A DNA stretch of 64,000 bases from Blastocladiella emersonii ATCC 22665. Its lineage: Eukaryota; Fungi; Blastocladiomycota. A model generated the notes under the pieces. The model was not told where the DNA came from, searched no databases, and saw nothing but the letters and a program-made list of their open reading frames with translations. Positions 44,476-57,442 of the stretch are shown piece after piece. Position numbers and translations under genes: made by a program. Each line of letters starts with the position of its first letter. Within the stretch, counting starts at the first letter, position 1. The stretch spans positions 1,054,001 through 1,118,000 of the forward strand of contig JANHCV010000012.1 of assembly GCA_025594325.1 (NCBI GenBank). Direction: 5' to 3'.

Positions 44476-46980
44476 TGTAAGATTTCATTTGTAGTGTTAA
44501 AAGTATACTTATCTGCCTCCAATTATTTTGGTGTGTGATGGGAACAAAGATGCGACTCCATGATGACGCACGACTTTCAGCGGTACAAAACCTCCCACGT
44601 GTGCCGTGCTCCAACGTGGCGGAGGGCTTTAGCCCTCGATTGAAGACCAGACGCGAAGCGTCTAGGTGGTTCAAGTAAATGGGTGCGGGGCTTTGCCCAA
44701 GCCGTAGGCGCTGCGACCTTGAAGCTCTCGTTTCGTCACGTTACAGTCACACTTTTCTCAATGACATCACCCCCCGTGTCGCGTTGCGCCACATTGCTCC
44801 AGCTCTCGCTTCCCCTCCCGTATGCTCCCCTTAATCAAATAAGCTGAGTTACTCTATGCAATAGATATCATAAATCATGAAATCGACGGCAGGCTGTTCC
44901 CGTCTCTCCTGCAGCGTTTTGTGTGGCGCTCGCGCGGCGACGTGCTGTACTCGACTCGATCGGTGACTTGAGTGCTCCGTTGCTGGCATCGCTTTCGCAC
45001 TCTGCTCTTGCGAATACATGAGTGCTGCTTAGGCGAACTCGCTAGCGGAGGAGCTTGTCGCGGGATGCTTCCACGTCGCCACGGCTTGCAGCACCTTTCA
45101 CCGCGAAGCGACCCCAGCTCGAAGGCGATGCGCTCTGTCATCTCGTTTCTTTCCTTGCGTCTATGCTCTCGCTGTTCTTGCGCCGCCCCCGCCGCCGCCA
45201 CTACACCGCCGCTCTGCTGTCCAGGCATCGCGTCGCGTCTCGCTTACTTGCCGCGTAACGTTGCGCTGAGCGAAGTGTTACGACCAAGTCGCTTGTGCCC
45301 TCGCGACGAGTAGCTACGCGATATCTTCGCTTCGATGGTGCGGGATGCGATCTCATGAGCGGAGCGCACATCTGGCTTTGCTCCAGCGCAAGCACGCGCG
45401 GCTCACCTGCTGTGCTGTTAACCGCTTCTGATTCAACCGCTGCCACCTGTGCGGTGGCGGAACGTGCGATCGATTCACTTGAACACTTTGTAGAGCTCGG
45501 GCGAGCGCTTTTTCCATGCGCACCGCGAATCATTATGACTTTCGACATCGTTGATAGCCTTCCCATCCTATGCTTTTGTGCACGTCGACCACCGCGCAAC
45601 TGGAGGAGAGCGAAAGTCGGCTGAGTAAGCCGTCGCGGCCGCGGACGCGACTGTTGATGCCACCTTCCCTCTGATAGACGTGCGTCAGTACAAGCTTAAC
45701 AGTCTTCCCGTTCTCGAGGGTTTGCGTGACGATGAGCATCGACGCATGAACAACTTTCGCCCGGCGGAGAAGAACGAGATGAAGCGCTCCGCTCATGCGC
45801 GCATCATGATGCACACGATATTCATATGCGCTAGAGTGTCTCGCGTCATCGTCAACGATATCTCGTGGGCACCGTGACGCGCGTCGACTTTTCGCGATCC
45901 TTCCACCGTAGGTCCGCTTCATCCGAGCTCAGTTTTTTTTTCCGCACGCAAGGATGCGAGCTCGCTCGAGGTCTCGAGCTGGATCAAAGCGTGCGACGCG
46001 AAAGCCATCATGGTCGGGTGCCTTCCTGGCAGAAAATCGATGCGTTAGTCAAGATCGAGTCGTCACGCGCATTCGTTGTGCGTAGTTCATGCATTCCGTT
46101 GGTTCACTATTGACGACCAGTTTCTTTTCGGCTCGTCAAGAGTACCAGCATGCTCTTGTGAGCGAGCGGCTCGCCTTGACGCGTCCGTCACAATTCCGAC
46201 CTCAGTTACCTTGAGCGCGCTGGAGCTACGCGCTACGTGCGTGTATGCTGCACTGAGGCGCATGTGAGGGCACTTGGCGCACACGATCAAGGCGCGCTAG
46301 CGCTCCATCAAAAGCACCATCACTTGAGCGTGGATGGCCGCGTTTGTGCGTGCGTGAGCGCAGATCGCTGCACGAAGAGTTGCTAAAGAATTTTGAAAGG
46401 CAATTCGTTCGGCGACCCTTATCTTGCGCCGCCACGTCCGCAGTCGACTTAATCCAGCTCAACATTAGGAAGGCGAGCAGAAACGAGGAGACGTGCGGTG
46501 ACGGCCCCAACGCGCGGTACTGACGCGTCGCGAATTTCTCCCGCGAGCCCCTCTGCGTTTTACGGGTCCGAAACACGATCTCAGTCAGCGCTGTGCTTGA
46601 TGCGAGTCCCGTGTCTCCCACTTCACAAGTCATGCAGTTCCTCGCATCACGCGTCAATCGCGCGTCTGTTGTGCCAGGTGATTGTGGCGAGAGGGCACTT
46701 GGGCAAAGCCCCGCACAGTTGACACCCGAACGAAGTGAGTGGTGGAGGTACTGGCAATCGAGCGCGGACGCTCGGCTTCAGATCAGATGATTGTTGAACG
46801 CGTCTCCCTAGTCTCACCGCTCGGTTCCTGTCCGTCCACAGACAGTTCAGCCGTTGGACAGGTTATAGCGTACCAACTTGGTGACGGTATTCCCGTCGCG
46901 CGGACGCGCACAGAGTGGAGTACAATGGAAGCGATTTATACAACATAAACTTTCAGGGTTAGCACTTTCAAGGGCTTTCG

Positions 46981-47180
46981 CTAATACGCCGATATGTTCG
47001 TTGTCAAATGCGAGGGCGCGCGACGATGGAATTTTTTGAGAAAGGCGTTCCTATCCCCGGCGATGCGCACAAACGCCATCGACGAGTAGCGCAGATTGGG
47101 CGGTAGCTGATCGAAGATCGCATCGATGGATCCGGAATTCACCCTTGCTTCGTCGAGAAAAACAGTGGCCAGGCGTACAA
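46981..47180 (-). pseudogene. C-terminal fragment of the LRR family
   Basis: FLDEARVNSGSIDAIFDQLPPNLR...IAGDRNAF aligns with LTLDDARVNIGCIDVIFEHLPPQLR...IDGDKTSF at 35.9 kb. Confidence 0.65.
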
Positions 47181-47219
47181 CTCGCTCTCGTGGCCGTGTG
47201 ACGGCGCTGAGGCGGTCAA

Positions 47220-48598
47220 AAAGGACCTCGAGCGACTCGGCATCATCGCCGCGATGCCTCCCGAACGCGGGCTTCTCGCGCGCGTCCACGGATTCGATTT
47301 TCCTTTCGACATCTGCGTGCGCAGTCCGCTTTTCCAGGTCCGCGCCACCTTCACGCTGCTTCCGAACCTTCCCCCGATCTCGGCCATCCGCCTCTACCGA
47401 CTCGACGGCCAATTTCCCGCCTTGTTCTATGCACTCAAGCACGCTTTCGACGAGAAGCGCGGAACGCTCAACGTGACGTGGCTCATCGAGGAGCGCCATC
47501 GTCGCGGCTGCTGCGACTGTCGATTCTGGCTCTGCCGCGGGTCAACCTGCGTCGCGCCCGTCCGCGCCGCGGCCCACGATCCTTGGCGTTACTGACGTCG
47601 ACATCACCACGGTGCAGCTCGATCTCGAGCTGCCGCGCGGCAGCGGCAAAGCCTCGGTGTCGCCCGTTCCCGCGGCGGACCTCGCGCTGTACCGCGGCGC
47701 CGTGGCCCTGGTCGTCGACGAGCGTCACGCCCGACGCCAAGATGCGCCGCGTGTCCGTGACCGTGCGCAAGGAGCCGCGCGCCATTTCGCCCACGCTCGG
47801 TTTGAGCGCGCTGATCCCGCGGTTCGCGTCGTTCCCCGTCCGCGAGCGCGGACCGCCCGTGTCCGAGTTCATGACCGAGGTCTCGCACGCGACCTTCGAG
47901 GACGACATGTACACGCGCAGCGAGCGGCCGCGCGGCGCGGGGAGCATGCCTCAGCTGCCGAGCGTGCCGTTGCCCGACTGCGTGGGCGCGTGGAACGCGA
48001 CGGCGCTCAAGATGCACCCATGAAGCTGTTCCACCACGTGGCCGATCGCGGCGGCGCGTGCGTGTTCAAGATCGGCAGCAACTCGAGCCCGCGCGGCGTC
48101 ATCGCCGTCCTCTTTGTGCACCAGCCGATCGTGATCCCGCCGCAGGGCAAGGCCGTCGGCATCACGCCCGCGCTCGACGTCAGCTACGTGTACGTGCCGC
48201 CGCTCCCGTCCAAGTCGGCGCCGGCCGCGGCGCGCGCGAGCGGGCAGAAGCTGCGCAAGCTGATCAAGAAGACCGAGAACGCGTATGTCCGCGCGTCCGA
48301 GGCGCGGATCCCGACGGTCGACGGCCTCGGCGAGATCGGCGACGCGATCGGCGAGTATCTCGAGTCCTGCCGCGCGGCGACGGTCGACCGCGAGATCCCC
48401 GACATCAACCGGTTCCCGCAGACCAAGCCGGGGTCGCAGAAGGTCGCGCCGGCCGTCGCTACGGCGTTCGCGAGCCTCAAGAGCGAGCTCAAGCGCGCGC
48501 TGCTCCTGCCGCTGTTTCCGACGTACTTTGACAACTGCCCGCAGCCCGGCGAAGATGACTACGGTGACGAGTATTACGATTCTGGGGACGATTATTGA
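47220..48598 (+). pseudogene. Frameshifted hypothetical gene of unknown family
   Basis: A GC3-rich coding signal hops between three frames (47254, 47612, 47478 tracks). It ends EDDYGDEYYDSGDDY*, followed by an AT-rich tract. Confidence 0.45.
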
Positions 48599-51069
48599 GT
48601 TGTTGAGCATAAATGCTTTGAGTTCAACTAATATTCTCTCTCGCAAGCGCGTCCCGGTTGAGCGGTGACCCCCGTCGCGAGCACGCAGGCGGGGCGAACG
48701 AATGCGGGCGTTAAGGCGCGATCGCGAGGCCGGGAGCGTCGCCTATCAGCTGGTTGGAGGTGCTAACCGAGCGGGTGACGAGGGCGCGCTGGCGACTTCG
48801 CCGCCGGTACACGCGGGAGAAGATGGCGATCGACGCGTCCCTGGCCGAGAAACCGACTCCGCCTCGCCGCCCATGTTGCGTCCCACCAACGCCACCAAGG
48901 CGACGTCGCTGACGGGTCGATTCTCACACGAACGATCGCACTCAGCGCCTGGATGTCATACGGGAGCGAGAGGAAACGAGCGAGATCCCTGCAAGCAGCG
49001 TCTGCGAATCGGCCCCGAGCTTCGGGTCCACGCGCGGCGTATAGCAGGTTCACGGTCAGCCGTCCATGTAGCGCATACCTGCTGCCGCCGCGGTACCCTT
49101 GCCGACGGATCGGCTCTCGCACAACAGCCCTAACTCGGTGCCTGCACCTCAGTCGGGAGCGAACGAGAGCGTCGTAGGCAGCGTCGGCGGTTCCTCGCTC
49201 GGTGCCGGATCCACGCGTGGCGGACAGCAGGCTCAGCGGCAGCCGTTCGCATCGGGCCATGGCGCCTCGAGCTCGCTCTCACAACGAACTTTCCATCAAC
49301 CGCTTCACCGCGCCCGAGTGTGGCAACGCTGCCGCGCAAATCCAAATCGCGTGTTGCCCTTCACGGCTTGCCCGCAGCAGGGCGACGGGCGAGTAGCCGA
49401 TGCAGTGGGCCCGCACATGCGGCGAGCGACGTGCACCGAGCGGGTGCTCACGCCATCAGCTCCTGGCCGCCCGCCGCGATGGGGGCGAAAGAAGACACGC
49501 GTGAGCGAAATGCAGCAAGTGCTGGTTGCGTTCCATGCGATTCATCAGCGGCATCGCGGCGCAGACGGAGAGCGAGGACGGCCGGCACGACGCTGTGATC
49601 ATGCGCGCTGCAGGGCTCGCAGCCGGCGCATCTCACGGCGAGGACAGGCCGCAGTACTCTCGCCGAGCGACGCTCGAGAACGACTGAAGAGCGATCGGGC
49701 ACGAGAGACACGAGGGCCGTGGGAGCGACGCGTCCGGCGGCCATCGACCGGGGCCCCGGTTCCCACGCGTCGCGAGTCGCGGGGAACGGGGCGACAGCGT
49801 GTGCTGTGCTTCGAAGCGCGTCCGAGAGCCGCAGCAGGCCCGAGGTCTCATGCCTGAAGTCATGAAGCAAAATGCAGGGCGGCCCTCGACGAACTCACCA
49901 GCGAGCAGGTCGCGATGAACGTGGCCCGCGGCAGGCCGAGGATGGAGGGAGCCGTGTCATGGATCAGGCCGTCGTCTTCTTGGCGCGTATGCACCACGGA
50001 CTCGATGAAGTGCGTGTGCGAGCTGTTCAGCAACACGCTGAGGAGAAGCTGTCGCGACCAGGCGCGTCGGCGACGCGAAGGAGGGTCAGCGGCGTCCCCT
50101 CGGGGCCGGATCACCTCGCACGACCGTCTCAGAGCACCTCGGGCACCGTCGTACGTGTCCGGAAGTGCCGGTCAGGGGCGCCGTAGCAGCCCAAACCATC
50201 GAGCAGAGCTCCAGGCGAGCAGTGACGGTAGACTGTCTGGACGGCTACGGGAGCGCCGTTGCAGGCAGTCGCGCAGATTTTCTGAGGTCCATGACACCCC
50301 AAGACGCCTGTGAACGCGCCGGCAGGGAGAAAGCTTGAGGGATAGGGGGCCGCCGTCATATGGGAGTGCGTTCCGCCACCCAGCCGCGGTGATGCAATGT
50401 GGCGTAACGCGTCCACCGCGCGGCGTCGCACTCAACGGATCCGCGGCGACGCTCGTGCATGCGAAGAGCTCAAGTGTATATATGAGGCGGCCTGGTGAGT
50501 CCACGTGGACATGGTTTCGGGTCGACGCAAAGCGAAATTCGTCACGCTTCGCGGTCAGCCGGGATCAGGTGCGCGCGATCTTGTCTCGCAGCCGCCGGAG
50601 ACGCGATTCCGCGACGCGTGTACCACCGGCGATTGCATCCCGAAGCGCGTCGTGTCGACGCGTATAGTAACGCTCTCTTGATACGATCCACGACTTTTTG
50701 CAATGCCATCGACTCCTCGCCTTCCGCTGCGTGCCGCGCTCCAACACCACCCACAGCTACTCGAAGCGATCGCGGCCCGGCCTCGGTACTCGCGCGCGCC
50801 TGCGCGCGAGCGGACCGCTGGCTCGTCGCCGGGGCTCGTGTCCCGGGTTTCGCGCAGCGGGACCCCTCGCTGTACGATGGGCCACGCGTGTAGACGTCAC
50901 AGCCGTTGCGACATCGCGATCTTCATGTCCGTGCAGCGGATGAGGTACTGCGCGATGCCGGTGCGCACACGGTCGCACACATCCCTCGCCGACAACGCTG
51001 ACACGCGCTTCTGTCCGTGTATTCCGGCCGGCCGTCGCCGCATGCCCTCCGCATCTTGCGCGCTGTCTC

Positions 51070-52000
51070 GACCCTTCTCGCCACCTGCGCATCTGGTACG
51101 CCGAGAACACACCTTGAGACGCCAACTGACCCGTCGCACGTTGCTCTAGTCGATGTCGACGCCGTCGAGGAGATTCTCGACTGGACCAGTCGAGCCCGCG
51201 GCCACGCGCACCCGGCCTCGGGTCAAGCGCCTCGCGAGCTACCTGGCTCTAGAGCGGTACGTGTCGTTGAACGCGGCGCGCTCGCCAGATCCGCGTCGTG
51301 TCGCGTCATGCTCAACGTGTCCCTCGGCTACCTCGGTATGCTCACCGAGTAACCTGTGTGCTGAGATGCGGGTCCAGCTTGACGTGGATCGCACTCCAGA
51401 GGGATCGATTTTGGTACGCGTGCGTCCATGGCCCATGACACGGCTCGTGACTGACCTGGGTCCGCTTTCGTGTAGTATCAAACAAGTTCGAGCTCTCCTT
51501 CTCTCGATCGCACTCGCAGCGCCAGCACCCATTCTGCGACATCAGCAGCGGTCGCCCGTCAGGCTCGTGGTAAGCGAGCGACTGGGATTCACGCGGCACT
51601 CCGACAGCCTTTGAACGCCGCCCGCTCGCCCACGGGATGGCTGATATCGGAGCGCGCCCATACGTAGCCCTGAACCAGTAACAACAACAGCAACTATGGC
51701 GTTGACGACGTGACGCGATACGTCTGAATCTCGGTCATCGCGTCCTCATTTGGCACCTTTGCTACATCTGGTACGCCAAGGGCACGCCTCGCGACGACTG
51801 CTGACGCGAAGCGCGTCATTGCAGATACTTCCTCAATACGCGTCACCCGTCGGTGACCTGTGCGCCGAGATGCAGGTCAAGCTCAACGTGGATCGCGTAC
51901 ATCCAGCAGCGGCTCGGCGAAGGTACGCGGACATTCAAGACCCATCGCTCTGCTTGTCACTGACTTAGGTCGGCTTCACGTGTAGCAGCGACGACCTTGA
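51070..52000 (+). repeat. Degenerate tandem duplication of multi-exon gene fragments
   Basis: CATCTGGTACGCC at about 51083 and 51765. ACCTGTG(T/C)GC(T/C)GAGATGC(G/A)GGTC at about 51352 and 51856. Residual GTAC...CTGAC...AG introns. Confidence 0.55.
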
Positions 52001-55000
52001 GCTCGCTCTCGGCCGTACTGGCGGTAGCGGCGGGCGGTTCTGCGACCATTTGCTGCGCTGCGCGCCTCGCGCAGGTATCGCAGCAACTTCCGCTTCATCC
52101 CCAACTATTTTCCTCAAGCACGGCGGCGGTACGTGTCCATGGGCCTCGTCGTGGCCGCCATGTATTCATTGCTCATTCATGGCAACCGTGTAGAACACGT
52201 TGCGCAGCTGTACGCGCGCGAGCTCAAGGCCCGAGCTGCTCGGAAACTACCGCACCACGCTGACACGATGCGTCAGGTCGGCTACGCGCACGCTCAACGC
52301 TCACGTTCAAGTTACAACATGACGCTCGACCGACCACACGGCGCAAGTTTGAGACTGGGGCAGGCGGCGTACATTGCCCTGCATGGATGGTACGTGTCGT
52401 TTCGCATTGGGAGGCACGAACGTATCACTGATGATCACTCACATTGTGCTGCTGCTGCTGTATTTCTTCACCAGATCATCGCCGTGTCTCGCGATCGAGG
52501 CGCTGGTGCTCTAAGGCAACACGGTGCCCGAGCACAACAACGCGCGCGTTCAAGGGCGGCATCATCAGGCGTGGGTCAGCTCGCGCTCATCGAGAAGCTC
52601 GACGCACACTCTCGCTCGCTCGAGGACTCTCTCGCTGATCCTGATCCAGTTCCAGCGCGTGGCCACGGTCGCACGGTCACGGCCATCATGATGACTCGCT
52701 TGAGCCGCGGGTCGTTCAGCAAAGAACATCAGTCCAAGCCAACGACCATCCTCCTCCATCCCCAAACTCACGCGCGCCGAGTCCATGGCGAGCGAGCGAG
52801 TGGCATCATTCGGTACGTGAAAGAGAGGGCCGCTGTTCGCAGAATCCTAACGCATTGTTGCTTGACACTAGAACGACTACCGACTGACGGCACTACACGC
52901 GCCGCTGACCTCACGTAATTGTCCCTCATGGAGCTCAACTTCCTCTTCTTTGACCACTTCAAGCGGCAGGGCGCCTCGACATCGGTCGCTCCAGTACCGC
53001 GACGCCTGCTGCCATCTTGATCATCAACTGCGGTCCATGGCCAAGCTCACACTCAACACGGTGCTCGCAACAACTGCAACTCGGCTTCTGCGAGTTGACT
53101 TCCGCGACTTCCGCGACAACACCACGCGCGCGTTGACCACCAAGCTCCGGCCAGCCACAACACGACGCAACGCGCCACGACGCGAACGGCCAGCTCAAGT
53201 CGGCGGCGAGCGTCACGCGGCGGGGGCGCAGGATCAATGTCAACCTGGGACGTGTCGCGCTGGATCTCTCACTCGTGCGAACATGGCCGATCGCTCACGA
53301 CTTGCTCGCCCTGCGCTCTGCACTAGAAACCCATCGTGTGTTCCTCGACCAGGTACTCGCGCGACGGTCTGACCAATCACTCTCTCGCGGCGAACGCTTC
53401 CGCTGCCGCCTCCATGTCCGTGTTTATGGCCCATCGCGTACGTCCGCGTCGTCGTGATCCCGCCTCGCGCCGTCAGCGCTCCAAGTCAATCCAGGTCAAC
53501 ATCATCCGTGCGCCCCGCCAACATTGCCGTGTTCGCGTCCGCCGCCGCCGCTTCGCCAGTGGGCGGTGGTACTACCACTTCGAAGGTACGCTCCAGATCT
53601 CCTGCCGCCGCGTTGTCACGGGAAACTGACGCGTCGCTCGAGTCTGGAGGGCTGGAATCTCCCAAACAGAGCACGTCCGGGGCTCCGTCGGCGCGCGACG
53701 ATGACAGCCACGACCGACTACACATACTACTACACCATGCACTTGAGTAAGGGACCTGGAACGTGGGGCCTTCCTTTTCCAATCACACCGGTCCGCGAAT
53801 CCTTCATCGCTGACGTCTGTTCCCCGCGACCGGTAAATGGAAACCACGCTCCTCCTCCTCGTTCGCATCGACCCGGCTCGTGTTTACACGCGTGCGCACC
53901 GCGTCGCAACGGGCTACCGCGCCGTCGCTCGCGCGCGGCCAGCTGCTCGCCTCGTACACGTACACAGACGGCCTCAGCTGCATTGCCACCTCCGCTCCGA
54001 GTTGTCGACGCGCTGACCGAGATATTTTCATGCTCCGCGACAAAAATCGCATCCAGATCAGACCACGCAGCAACTCGATGATACAGGTACGCGTGGCCGG
54101 GACGAGACCATCCGCACGACGGCTCATACTGACCGAGCCGCGCGACTGCATCCGCCGTGTAGCCGACTCAACCGGCTTCGAGTTCTTCTTCCTCCGCGCC
54201 CGTACTTGCCTCCATCCTGGACGCCGCCGCCGCGGCCAGCGGTGCTGCATGACCGACAACCACGACTCGCTTCCGCGACGGTACGCTCCATTCACTATAC
54301 GCGCTGCAGTTGCGAATACGGCGGACTGACGCGCGCGCAAACCATGCGCGTCCCTCCGAGTAGGCGCTGCTCGCCTCGACCAACACGGGCTGACGATTGA
54401 TCGTATTGCCACTGTCGCGCTTCCTCGAGCGCGTCACGCCCTGATCGTCCTCCTCGCCGTGCCTATCGGCTTCTTCAACCTCGCCTCGCACAGCAGCACG
54501 TGTCCGTGACCTCGCGCTGTGGACGTGGCCGCGGAGTGTACCGATTGCTTGTGGCTCGCGACATGACTGAGCTCAGAGCGCACAATATGAACCGACGACT
54601 CCCATCCCCGAGCGACGCGCGCGCACGCTCGAGTCCAAGTCGTCGCCGTGGTCGTGTTGGCGGCGGCGCAGCAGGTCGTCGTCCTTCATGGAACGTGTTT
54701 TCCTGGGTCGCTGCAACCCCCGCTCATTAGCCAATGATCGATCACTCACGCCTTGCTCGCTCGCTGCGCTGCACTAGAGCTGGCCGACACCCGGTCCATT
54801 GTGCTCTGAGTCGAAACGGTGGCAGTCCAACGGCAAACATCATTCGTTTCTCGGGCATCATCGACACCGTGATCAACAAAACTGCGACGCGCGCGCGCAT
54901 CACGCTCTTGCTCCGACGCTTCCGCTCCTTGCAGCCAGCAACAAGTTTGCCGCGCAGCACGGCGACTGAGGATCGACACGACTACCGACCAACGCGCTTC

Positions 55001-55958
55001 TTCGCGTCCGAGAGCGACGTCATCAGTTACGACGACTTCTTTCACTCCGAGATGGGCTCAATGCGTCGCGGTCCTCGGCGAGGCGTGTTCAAGGACTCTC
55101 ACTTGGCGGCGAGCTCGACTTTGCTCCATTGCCCGCACTTCATGCGCTCAGCCACTTGGCCTCGTTATTCAGCGTTAAGCGTGAGGATATCGCTGCGGAA
55201 CGTTCGCGAGAACATCGATACGGCCGCACGCGGGAAAGCGGCACGAGGCCTCGTGGCGGACACGTACAAGTCAGGCAAGATTACGCCAGTGGCCGTTGGC
55301 TGTCACTGGCTGCACATTGAGGTTCATGCGATGGCATTGCAGCAAGTCCGGTCGAAGGGCGTCGATGGGCCTTCGTAGACTGAGTGGGCGAAGTGGAGTC
55401 GAAAGTGTCTCGCGTTCGCGGCGTGATATCCCGTCGCGTCTCACACTTGGTTTCGCTCCTCCGATGGCAGACCTTTGTCGAATCTGATGACTTTCGAAGC
55501 TCTTCCTGCCATCTCCAAGTGTCCCGAGCAATAGTTGATCTGCTTTAGCCGTTGTTCTGGTCGGATACGAAGGGCAGCCGAGCGTGCACTCGCACTATTC
55601 TTCAGCTGGCCACAATCGGCACAAGTAGAATCCTCTCGTAGCTTATGAGCATCAGCTGAAAAAATGAGTGGGAGTTGAAGGCTTTCCTGCTCGGGGACAT
55701 GCAGCAAGCCAAGAGTGCATATACCGTCGGAGCAGGGTACAAATGCGCGAGTCCCCCTCAGCGCTCCCGCTCTCTCGCTCCCCAAGTAATCCGAGTTTCC
55801 CATTGCATGAATCTTGCGAGTACTTTCAAAAGCCCTTTGCCGTGAGTTCCGCTCTACTAGCCCCGCTACTCGAGCCCATACCTCACTGCACCCCCGTCCA
55901 CGACGACACGACAGCATTTGCGCACCATCGCCACCCGGACACAACAGCCATCAGCACC

Positions 55959-57158
55959 ATGTCGCACATCATCAAGCTCATGGCTTCGCTTCCGACCGGC
56001 ATCCGTGCTCGCACGCCCGCTTCGTCCTCGACTCGCGTCGCGGCATCCACCGTTCGTTCCAAGAACGGCGCCGCTGACACCACCTTCGCCTCGACCGGCG
56101 GCAAGTCCATTATCGGCAGCTCCTCGGCCGGGTGCGACCCGCAGCCGCTCGCCCAGGTCACCCTCGCCGACTCGGGCATCGTGGCTACCACCCCGACCAG
56201 CTCCACGGAGCGCATTCATGACGCTTCGTCGGGTTCCAAGTCCAAGGCCAGCGCGCGCTTGCATGCGGCGGCCGCCGCGATTCGCAATGCTGCGCACTCG
56301 ACCTCTGACGCAGTTCATCACGCGGTTCATTCGGCCTTGAGTACCATGCGCCGTACCACCGTTTCGGTACCTGCAGCCGGTACCCGCGCTTTCTCGCGGA
56401 TCCACCAGCTGTGCAGCCGTCGCCGCCAGCCCTTGACCGGCGTCGCCGGCACGCTCGACTACATGGCGCGCAACGGCGACTCGTTTGCTCGCCCTGGTGT
56501 GCGCGGTATGCGCGGCGCCATGATCAAGCAGCTCGTCGCGGAGCACCGGCTCGGGTCGGCCCGCATCATCACTGAGCGGCAGCCGGTGTGGCAGTTCGAA
56601 TCGCTGCTCCGCATCGAGCGCTACCTCCCCGCCTCGCTGTTCGACTACCTCGGCACTCAGCTCGGCGAGTTCCGCGAGGAGGAGGCCCTCTCGCCCAAGC
56701 TCATCAACGAGATTGCGGTTCTGCTGCACGAGCACCACGACGTTCTCGACTTTGTCGCGTGGCGCTTCGACCCGCGCAACGACTTCTCGCCCGAGCCGAC
56801 CATCACCCGCAAGACGCTCCCGCTGCCCGTCGAGCTGGCCATCACGGCACTTGACGCCAAGGTCGATTGCCTGTTGACGGACAAGCAGCGCGGCGGGATG
56901 TTCGAGACGCCGCAGCACGCGGCCGACTTCCGCGCGTACGTCGGATACATGGGCCGCATGCATGACGCACACGTCGAGGTTGGCCGCGAGGCGGGTCCGT
57001 GCGTCGCGGCGCGCGCCCTCGCGTCCCTGGCAGGGGTGCAGCTGACGGGGTTCAATGTGTACGAGGTGCGCGACGAGTGGGACCTGACGCCGTCCGCCGA
57101 ACGCGACGCCATGATGGTCATGTACTACCTGTTTGCGCTCAGCCGCCTGTCGTTCTAG
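55959..57158 (+). CDS. Hypothetical protein, 399 aa (Ser/Thr/Ala-rich N-terminus, helical C-terminal domain)
   Basis: Uninterrupted ORF with strong GC3 bias in the C-terminal half and a T-rich tract after the stop. Confidence 0.7.
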   Translation: MSHIIKLMASLPTGIRARTPASSSTRVAASTVRSKNGAADTTFASTGGKSIIGSSSAGCDPQPLAQVTLADSGIVATTPTSSTERIHDASSGSKSKASARLHAAAAAIRNAAHSTSDAVHHAVHSALSTMRRTTVSVPAAGTRAFSRIHQLCSRRRQPLTGVAGTLDYMARNGDSFARPGVRGMRGAMIKQLVAEHRLGSARIITERQPVWQFESLLRIERYLPASLFDYLGTQLGEFREEEALSPKLINEIAVLLHEHHDVLDFVAWRFDPRNDFSPEPTITRKTLPLPVELAITALDAKVDCLLTDKQRGGMFETPQHAADFRAYVGYMGRMHDAHVEVGREAGPCVAARALASLAGVQLTGFNVYEVRDEWDLTPSAERDAMMVMYYLFALSRLSF

Positions 57159-57442
57159 TTTTGTCCATTTGTGTTCCTGCGCGGGACTTTCATGTCCGCT
57201 CGTAAATACCCTCGATCCTCTTTGTTATTCACTCGCCAGGGCTTTTGACTTTGAGATTGTTGAGGACTCCGTCGCCGCTCGGGCGTGGTGAACGAGAGCC
57301 GCATCGAGTTGGCGAGAACTGCGTCGTTCACCGCACGTGGGCCGCTTCCCCACGCGGCCGTCGTGGCGCAAGGCAGCTCGCCTCCGCCACTTCACTCTTC
57401 CCCCGTCGACCCTGACCCATGTTACCTGATGAACTTACTGCA

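Larger units (their letters stand above)
39758..44670 (+). mobile_element. Helitron2/Helentron-like element, internally deleted
   Basis: 18-bp inverted repeat TCGAGGGCTAAAGCCCTC (39758-75) and GAGGGCTTTAGCCCTCGA (44622-39), each self-palindromic. 3' hairpin AGACGC-GAA-GCGTCT at 44649-63. The putative empty site reads GAAGAGT|TCAAG. The 3' end is approximate. Confidence 0.72.

Noticed and set aside
44700-46950. Short ORFs in 44.7-46.9 kb, 48.7-55.6 kb and 62.4-64 kb
   Set aside because: There is no consistent codon bias or recognisable motif. Some look like eroded exons, but no gene model could be supported.
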